Source: Vicugna vicugna (Eukaryota). Taken from it: a stretch of DNA of 64,000 nt. The first letter of the stretch is position 1; the number at the start of each line of letters is the position of its first letter. A program made the position numbers and the translations under genes. Where the stretch lies: positions 6,510,001 through 6,574,000 of the forward strand of contig MU060887.1 in assembly GCA_013265495.1 (NCBI GenBank). The letters run 5' to 3'. Under the pieces are notes generated by a model. It was not told where the DNA came from and made no database searches. It worked only from the letters and a program-made list of their open reading frames with translations. Shown in pieces: positions 46,790-64,000 of the stretch.

Positions 46790-47520
46790 CCAAGCCCCAC
46801 GCTGTGAAATGCGCGCTGTCCCTTTAAAAGGGACATGGTCCTCCTCGCGCGGCCTCGACAACAATCCCATTGGCCTGAGAGCAAGCCTCGGCCACGCCCC
46901 TCACGTCTGGCCCCTGGAATTCTATTGGCCCAGAGCCAGGGCCCCGCCTCCCACTCCTGGGAGCCCAGGCGCTACGCCAGGTTCGGTGACGCAAACGCAT
47001 TGCCCAGGCAACCGGTTCCTGTCGCGGGGCAGAGGGGCCGCGCCGGAGCCGGGGTGCAAGCGCTGCCGCCCGGATCCCCAGGGCATCTGGCTCGGACCCT
47101 CCCCTCCACGGCTCCCCCCTGCCACCGACCCCCGCCGACCGTCACCCCAGGGCAGCCGACGAGGGGCGCCCCGGGAGGCCCCGCTACGCGAATGGGGAGG
47201 AGGCGCCGGGGGAGCGCATGCCTGGCGGGGGTCATGGCGTGGGAACGGGCTGGGCGCCGCTGGCGTCCCGCTGCAGAGGGCGGGGAGGGTTCAAAGGCGC
47301 CGGGTCACACGCCTGGCAGCAGATCGGCTCGAGCATTTAGCAGCACAAGCAAATCCAACCCCGGGGGAGGACATTCCTGGAGCATGGTCCCTGGACCAGC
47401 CCCGTGGTCCGGCGGAACCCCGCCCCGCCTCTGGCCACAGCGGCCTCAGGAGCCTTCAGCAGCTCAGCAGACAACGGGCCCAGGAGTCCAGGCTGCGAGA
47501 CGTGTCGGCCCCCTGAACCA
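46790..47520. promoter_or_regulatory. orphan CpG-rich promoter/enhancer-like element upstream of MKNK2
   Basis: CpG-dense; ATTGG at 46869 and 46924, CCACGCCCC, CCCCGCCTCC and TGACGCA. Confidence 0.5.
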
Positions 47521-47654
47521 ATCGCCCCTGTCCCAGCGCCGTCAGGGGCCCTGGCTGGGAAACCAGGATTGATTGGCCTCCTTCTGCCCTGGCTGGACTT
47601 CCCTCATTTTGCTCATCTGCTAAATGGGAACTTTGGGATGCCTCGGGGCTTTAT

Positions 47655-48050
47655 ATGAGCCTCCTAGGGCTGCTGTAACCTATTACCACAGATTTAGGGA
47701 CTCAAAATAACAGAAATTTATTCTGTGACAGTCCTGGAGGTCGAGTCTGATTTAGGTCTCATGGGGCTAAATCCAGGCCTGGGCGGGGCAGGTCCCTCCT
47801 GAGGCTCTAGGGGAGAATCAGCCTTTCCCAGCTTCTAGAGGTGCCGCATCCCTGGCTCGCGGCCCCTCCCTCCATCCTCACCGCCAGGAGCGCAGCATCT
47901 CCCTTCTCTCTGACTCTGACCTCCCACCTCTGTTTTATAAGGACATTTGTGATGATACCACCTGCCCCCCAAATCCAGGATCCCCATCTCTCGGCCCTTA
48001 ATCTTATTCACAAAGTCCCTTCTGCCATGTAAGATTTCACAGCCACAGTT
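47655..48050. mobile_element. MLT1D-like solo LTR
   Basis: CCTAGGGCTGCTGTAAC...AACAGAAATTTATTCT...AAGTCCCTTCTGCCATGTAAG. Confidence 0.8.
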
Positions 48051-49199
48051 TCCGGGGAAAGCCCCCACCCTTGTCAAAACTAAGGGCTGTTGTACATGCT
48101 GCCGGGTCACTCTTGGGGAGCAGGTCAGCTGGCAATGGGAGAGCCACCTGGTGTCTGCTGCCTTGGACAGTGGGGCAGAGAGAAAGAATGATAAGCCAAG
48201 TTCCCTGTCCCCAGTCACTGGGGCAGAGTGGTGGCCTTTGGACAGCTGCTGGGCCAGCACTGCCCAGGCCCCACCCCCACCCCATGGCTCCCTCTGAGAC
48301 TTTCAGTGACTGACCCCAGGGAGGCTACACAGCCCCCCACAACCCCGCCTCCGCCTGCCATCACAGCAAGGCAGGCCTCAGGGCTGCTGAGACACCCACA
48401 GCCGGGCCAGCGAGCTAGCTTGGAGCTCCTGGCCACACCCGCCCCTGCTTCCCTTCCCCCCACCCCCACAGAGGACAGCGGGCCTGGCTCCGTCCCTAGG
48501 ACTGCTGAGCCACTGGAATGGAGCAGGCCCGTGAGTCAGCCAGTAGGAAGGGGCACTTACAGCCACTTGCATCAGATGTTCCTGCCACTGGGCCCCACGG
48601 CCAGAGGCCCCAGCCCAGCAGGGGCCTAGTGGTGATCCTGCCTGTGACCCTCACTTCTCTCAGACTTGATAAGACCTGGGGCTTGTGGTTCCTGTCCCTG
48701 GGGGGAACATGCAGACAGGATCCAGGCCAGGCTGGGTGCCAGCCCAGGATTCTAACTCCACCTGCCCTTTATGTCCACAGCCACCCCAGCCCCACGTGCC
48801 GACCCAACCCTGATTCCAGCACCGTGACCCTAACGCAGGAGCTGTGCTGGGACAGCCTCTGCCTGCGACAGCTCAGTGTTCTCCCACCAGCCCTGTGCCC
48901 CCTCTGAACCTCAGGGACCTGGCTCTGAGCAGAGGAGGGAGGGGCCAAGCCAAGCCAAGCCCTCCCCAAAAGGCACAGGCCTGTGAGGCTATTGTAGTGG
49001 TCCCAGCACCGCTGCATGGCGCCCAGCCCCGAGCATGCACATCTCCTGCTCTCTGGAGTCCGCGCATGCTGGTGGGGGTGTGCCGGGGCCACACACCTCC
49101 ACTCCACTCCCATCTGCGCACAGAGTCTGCCCCACACAGATGCAGCCTCAGGCACAGATGCACCCCAATATACTCACACTCACACCAAACTGATGTCCT

Positions 49200-49314
49200 T
49201 TAAAAAAAATATTGGGGGGGAGGTAACTTGGTTCATTTATTTATTTATTAATGGAGGTGCTGGGATTGAACCCAGGACCTTGTGCAAGCATTCCCTTGAG
49301 CTACACCCTCTCTC
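49200..49314 (-). mobile_element. tRNA-derived SINE with internal deletion
   Basis: B box and AATAAATAAATGAACCAAGTTACCTCCCC tail on the minus strand. Confidence 0.8.
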
Positions 49315-49364
49315 TGGTGTCTTTTTTAATGTTGGGGGCAAAGGTCTTTACCGTCACCCTCTGG

Positions 49365-49520
49365 TAGGGTTGCCAGATAAAACAGAGGACGCCCATTTAA
49401 ATTTGAATATCAGATAAACAAGGAATAATTGTTTTGGATATACTTATGCATGGGAATTACACTGAAAAATTATTTGTCTGAAATTCAAATTTAACTGGGA
49501 GCCCTATATTTTTATCTGCT
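49365..49520. mobile_element. MER3/MER33-like hAT MITE (palindromic)
   Basis: TAGGGTTGCCAGATAAAA...TTAAATTTGAAT...ATTCAAATTTAACTGGG...TTTTATCTG; inverted arms visible. Confidence 0.7.
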
Positions 49521-50919
49521 AAGTCTGGAAGCTCTGCATGCAGGACTTGGAGGCCCCGAGCTGTCCTGGGGCCCCTTGGATGCTGCCCAGGAGGTGAGCT
49601 CCGCACAGCTGAGCCCCCAGGGTCCCAGGGCTCCGGCTGCCCGGCCAGGCAGAGGAGGAGGTGGTCACAGTAGACACCACCCATTTAGCCAGCCGGAATC
49701 CTCCTGGCTCCTCAGAGGCAGAGGGAGGCAGAGGCCCTGGGGCTCAGAGTCAGGACATGCCTGGTGTCTTCTCTGGGGTTTGGGGGAGACCCCACATACA
49801 ACATCGGCCAAGAGTCTCAGGAACTGGACGGGGCACCTCTGAGAGAGCTGACTTCCTGCACCTTGGCCGAAGGCTAGCCACGCCCCCTCTGTAACTGGGG
49901 CAGGAGATGGGGGCCAGAACTCCTCTCTTCCTCTCCCCCTAGGGTGCCACAAGGGAATTAGGTGTAGAGCTGCAGCAGGGAGGGGAGGGAAGGGCCCTGG
50001 AGCCAGGGAACCCGCCGCCACCTCATTTCCTGCTGGTCCTCCTTTTTCAGGCCAGTGCCTCCTGACTCCGGGCCCCCAGGGCAATCCTGAGCCTGCATCC
50101 CGGGCTGGCCACCTCCCCTGGCATCCTTTGGGTGGGGGAATATCCTTGTCCTGGACCCTGACTGTCCTGCCCACCAGCTCTGTGTCTGTCCTTTGCCCCA
50201 CTGCACCTGCCCCCAGCTGACTGTCACTGCCGCAGCCCTGACTGTGCTTTAGAAAGATGGAGAAACCCAGCAGGCAGGAGGAGTGGGGGCCAGGGGCCAG
50301 GTTTTCTGCTTCACCTGCTTGGCAGGTCCCTCCCTGCCTGGAGCAGGAGGGGTCTCCCTCCCAGAGGCAGACAAGACTGCTGGGGGCCCAGGTGAGGTGG
50401 GCAGAGTGGCCAGACCCCTGTACCTCCCAGCTACCACATGCCCAGCACTTCTGAGAGCTTGGGCTGTAAATAGGGCTGCCCTCGAGGAAGATGACAGAAA
50501 TCAGCCTGCAGCTGGACAGGGCTAAGGCCAGAGAGCCACAGGCTAAGCACAGAGGTCCCTCCCCCACCCCCCGCCCCCAGTGCAGGAGGGGCTGGGGCTG
50601 AGCCTGGCCCACAGTTGCCCACAACCCAGGCCAATCCTAGGGCTCTGGGGTCGCAGGTGCACCTGGGGGTCTGCAGCCTGTCCTGTTCTGGGGGTTGTGT
50701 GTCAACTGTATGCGCCCGTGGACACACACGTGCAAGCAATCATGTTACCAGCACAGAAGCCCACGTGTGTGCACACCCATGCATGGCCCCACCCATGTTG
50801 GAGGGCCCATGTGTGCACCAAAACCCCTCCTAGCACTCACACAAGTGCCCCCTTGGCGACCACCCTCCTCACGCACAGGGTGGGGGCTTGCAGGACTTGG
50901 CTCACCCTGTGCACAGAAA

Positions 50920-51100
50920 TAGTGGTTCCCACCCGGGAGGTGATCCTGTCCCCTTCAGAGACACTGGGCAATGTCTGGAGACATCTGTGGTTGTCACGAC
51001 TTCGGGGGCTCCTGGCATTGGGTGGGGGCAGGGGTGGTGCTCAACTCCCCACAGTGCCCAGGACCCCCCCTAGGTGTCAGCAGGGCTGAAGGTGAGAAGT
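50920..51100. mobile_element. MER20-like hAT DNA transposon remnant
   Basis: AGTGGTT...GGCAATGTCTGGAGACAT...GGTTGTCACGACT...CAGTGCCCAGGAC. Confidence 0.75.
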
Positions 51101-51489
51101 GGGAGGAAGGACCACAGAGGCAGGGCCATCTCCCCAGGTCTCAGCTCCCTGTTTCTCCACCTGCAACACGGGGCCCAAGAAGAGACCACCTGCTGGGGCT
51201 TCAGAGGGTAAGGCAGCCCCTCTGACCAGAGCCCGGGGCTGGGCCCGGCTTCTGGCTTTGGGAACAAATCTGCCCCCAATGGCCGAGATCCTAATCAGGC
51301 TACCAATGACTTGAGCTTGGCTAGGCCTAGAAAGATTGCCCCTGGGCCAAGATTACAGTTCATTTCTGTTCCTCAAGGTCAGCATGACTGGCAACCCCAC
51401 CAGGGTCCACACAGGAGGACTGCGCTGGACGCCCGTGCCAGGAGACGGATGCGTCCCCACCACACGCCAGAAAATGGTTTCCCTTACTG

Positions 51490-51890
51490 TCTAGGCTGCA
51501 CTGTTTCCTCCAGAAATATGTGTCTGTGTCCCAATCCCTGGGACCTGTGAATGGAACATTTCCGTATTTCTGTAAATAAGGTCTTTGTAGGTGTAATCAA
51601 ATTAAGATGAGGTTGCACTGGATTACAATGGCTTTAAGGCAGTGATGGGTATCCTGACAAGAGAGGAGAGACCGCTGGAGACAAGAGCACAGATGGCCAC
51701 TTGAAGACGATGCTGGATGGGGCGATGGAGCTCTCAGTCAAGGAGCACCAGGGATTACCAGGAACCACCAGGAGCTTGAAGAAGCAGGAAGGAGCCTCCT
51801 CTACAGGCTTCAGAAAGGGTGTGGCCTTGCTGACACCTTGATTTCAGATGTCTGGGCTCCAGAGGCAGCCTCAGGAAGCTCATACACTCA
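51490..51890. mobile_element. MLT1A/B-like solo LTR
   Basis: GGACCTGTGAAT...AATAAGGTCTTTGTAGGTGTAATCAAATTAAGATGAGG...GACACCTTGATTTCAGA. Confidence 0.75.
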
Positions 51891-53199
51891 CACAACCCCT
51901 ATATGCGTGCGCACAGACATGCACACACGCTTAAAGACATCCTTTCTCTGCAGCAACATTCAGTGAGCGTTTCCTGTGTGTGTGCAAGGCCCTGTACTGG
52001 GTATTGGATCAGCAGTGGGAGGTTCTGGGCTTTCTCAGAGCTGGGCTTCTGGGGCGGGGCAGTGGCCCATCTGTCCCCACTCTCACCATCCAGAAGCACA
52101 CGAAGACCTGCAGGTGACGGTGCACACCAGAGAGGGCCCTGGCTCCAGAGGCATGGGTGGGAGGCGACAGTCAGGTGAGGAAATGGCTAGGGGTGAGGAG
52201 GAGGGAGTCTGAGGCTTGCCCTGGGCAGGCAGGTCTAGCAGCCCCACACCAGGCACCTGGAGCCAACGTGTGTTCACACACACATACCAGGCAGGGGAAG
52301 GCAGGGGCTGGCTGGGGCTTCCCTGTGGGTCCCTCCTCTGGAGCTAGCTGAAGTCAGGCCTCACAGTTCCTGTGGCCTGAGCTGTGGCCTTGGGGGATAG
52401 CACACAGAGGCAGACTTACAGAGGAGGAAACAATCCAGCTCAGGCCTGGTTGGAGGACAATTGGGAGTGGGTGGTAGGAAGCCTCTGGAAGGACAGGCTG
52501 GGGCCTGGATGGGAGGGAGGACAGTCCACTCTGCATGCCTAAGTGTCTAGACACCGGGTCTGAGGACCATGCACCACCAGGCTGCGGGGACAAGAAGTTT
52601 GCTGATTCTCTCAGAGCCAGGATCAGGGGCCGAAGCCGAAACGGGGCTGTTTTGCCTCCTGTCCTAGTAGCCCCCATCCCTCAGGCTTTTTCTCCATCAG
52701 TCAGTGGAAATGCTCATTTGCAGCACTGAGGGACGGTCCTTCACAGATCTCAGTCCCTACCCCCTACTGTAGTCCCCTTTCCCGTCCAACAATCGGGTGA
52801 ACTCTTCGGGAGCAAACTGGGAAGGCAGCTGGGCCTCTAAGCCTGTTGGGGTGCGCCTGCAAGACAGCTGGGGCCAGGATTGGGGAGTTGAAAGGAGAGA
52901 GAGCCATGGCAGAGCCTAAAGCAGAGAGATGAATGAGGGAGCCATGGCAGGTTCTAGACCAGGGGCGTCGCCCAAAGGAGTCGTGTTTCCTAGGCCCCGG
53001 CCGACTGACTCGGGTTGTTGCCAGAGGGCAGGGCCGGGCTCCGGCTCAATGCCAGGCTCCTGCAGGCCTCCCCGAGCCTCCGGCAGCCCCGCCCGCGCCA
53101 GCCAGGATCCCTCCTTGGCCCAGCGCGCCGAGCCCCGCGCATCGCACAGCGCAGGCGCACAGACACGCCCCGCGGCTAGAGCGGCCTTCCAGCCCCGCC

Positions 53200-53300
53200 T
53201 CCGCCGAGCGCGCGTGGGCGGAGCCTTGAGGGGCGGGGTCTGCGTCGGGGCGGGGCCGAGCCGGCCTATAAAGGCGGCGGCGACGCGGCGCGCCCGGCTC
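53200..53300 (+). promoter_or_regulatory. MKNK2 core promoter: GC boxes plus TATAAA (53267-53272) within a CpG island (about 53040-53900)
   Basis: GGGGCGGGG at about 53230 and 53247; TATAAA about 30 nt before the pyrimidine run CTCCTCTC. Confidence 0.75.
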
Positions 53301-53457
53301 CTCTCGGCGGTGGCGGCCCTGGCGGGGGAGTCCGCGGTGGCGGCGGTGGCATCGGCGGCGGTGGCGGCGCTGCTGTTCCCCGCGCGGTCCGCGCAGCGGG
53401 GTCCGGGCTGCGCGTCTCGGGCGGTGGCACTGCGGCCCCAGCCCGAGCCCGACCCCG
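53298..53457 (+). other. MKNK2: MKNK2 non-coding exon 1 (start approximate)
   Basis: GCG-rich leader ending in the donor CCG|GTGAGT; the next exon starts at 53605 after cccacag. Confidence 0.7.
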
Positions 53458-53688
53458 GTGAGTGCGGCCCCGCGACCCCGGCCTGGCCCGGCCCGGACCC
53501 TGGCGCAGGGATCGGGCCCCACGGAGCCTGGCGGTCCTGGCTTGGACTCCCAGCGCGCCGGCCTCGGTCACTCAACGCCCTCCTTTGTCTGCTCCCTCCC
53601 ACAGGGTCCCCTCCCCGGCCGCCCCCCGCCAACGGGCCGCCCCCCGGGCCCCGCGTCCCCTCCCCCGCTGGCGGGGCCCGGACAGAAG

Positions 53689-63433
<9,745 letters not shown>

Positions 63434-64000
63434 CGCCCTCCTTCCCTCTGTACATAGGCCGCCCCTCCCCCCGTCAAATCTAAAGGTTTTTTTAAGCTAT
63501 TGCCCGCGGGTGACCAGCGGGCTGCCCTCCCCCAGGCTGGATTCCGAGGCGCTAATAAGCTCAGCTGGGGGGGATCTTTTTATATAAGGTTTTTGCTGTT
63601 GGGTTTTTCTTTCTTTTTTTTTTTTTCTTCTGTTTCCCGCCCCACCCTCCTTTTTTTCTTTTAATGGTGTTAAAAGCAAAGCCGGCGCCCGGGGAGGAGA
63701 GCGGAGCGGCGTGCGGCTGGGTGGGCGCCCTCCCGCCGCCGCCGCCCCCGGGCCGGCCTGCCGGGTACTGTGAAGGCCCCTCCGCGCCGCCCGCGGGCCT
63801 CAGGGGAGGAGTGCGTGGCCGTCTTCCGGGGCCAGGGCCGGGCCGGACCGCCCGCCCCCTCCCCAGCCCGCACAGTGTTTTCAGGGACAGGTTGACCCCC
63901 ACCTCCCCTTGATGAGACGGTCGCTCCTTCCTTCCCCACCGACACCCTGGTGGCAGGGCGGGGGCTTCTCAGGTCTCCCCTGTCGCGGGAGTGGAGCCTG

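Noticed and set aside
49665-50624. 319-aa minus-strand ORF
   Set aside because: Gly/Pro/Ala/Ser-rich with no domain; expected by chance at this GC content.

Overview
GC-rich mammalian genomic window, syntenic with human 19p13.3. It is probably from a camelid, inferred from vic-1-like tRNA-derived SINEs and no recognisable Alu, B1/B2, Bov-tA or PRE-1. It holds four spliced protein-coding genes, each assembled by hand with consistent splice phases. AP3D1 (+) is 5'-truncated, with 27 exons from 62 to 17330 and two GC-AG introns. IZUMO4 (-) is complete, with 10 exons including three microexons (218 aa). MOB3A (+) is complete, with 3 coding exons (217 aa), and lies head-to-head with IZUMO4. MKNK2 (+) has 13 coding exons (MNK2a-type, about 463 aa); one exon is mostly hidden by a 172-N gap. 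Introns and intergenic DNA carry SINEs, MLT1 LTRs, hAT MERs and decayed L1. Most long ORFs in the supplied track are GC-content artefacts. I found no evidence of a wholly new gene system. Best leads: (1) a promoter-like NF-Y/GC-box/C-EBP/RFX cluster inside MKNK2 intron 10, which could drive a kinase-dead C-terminal isoform; (2) ancient-type MLT1 and L1 copies that are unexpectedly similar to each other, suggesting local gene conversion; (3) an orphan CpG-island promoter about 6 kb upstream of MKNK2; (4) a recent 241-bp tandem duplication. Repeat family names and human comparisons are from recalled consensus sequences, not database searches.
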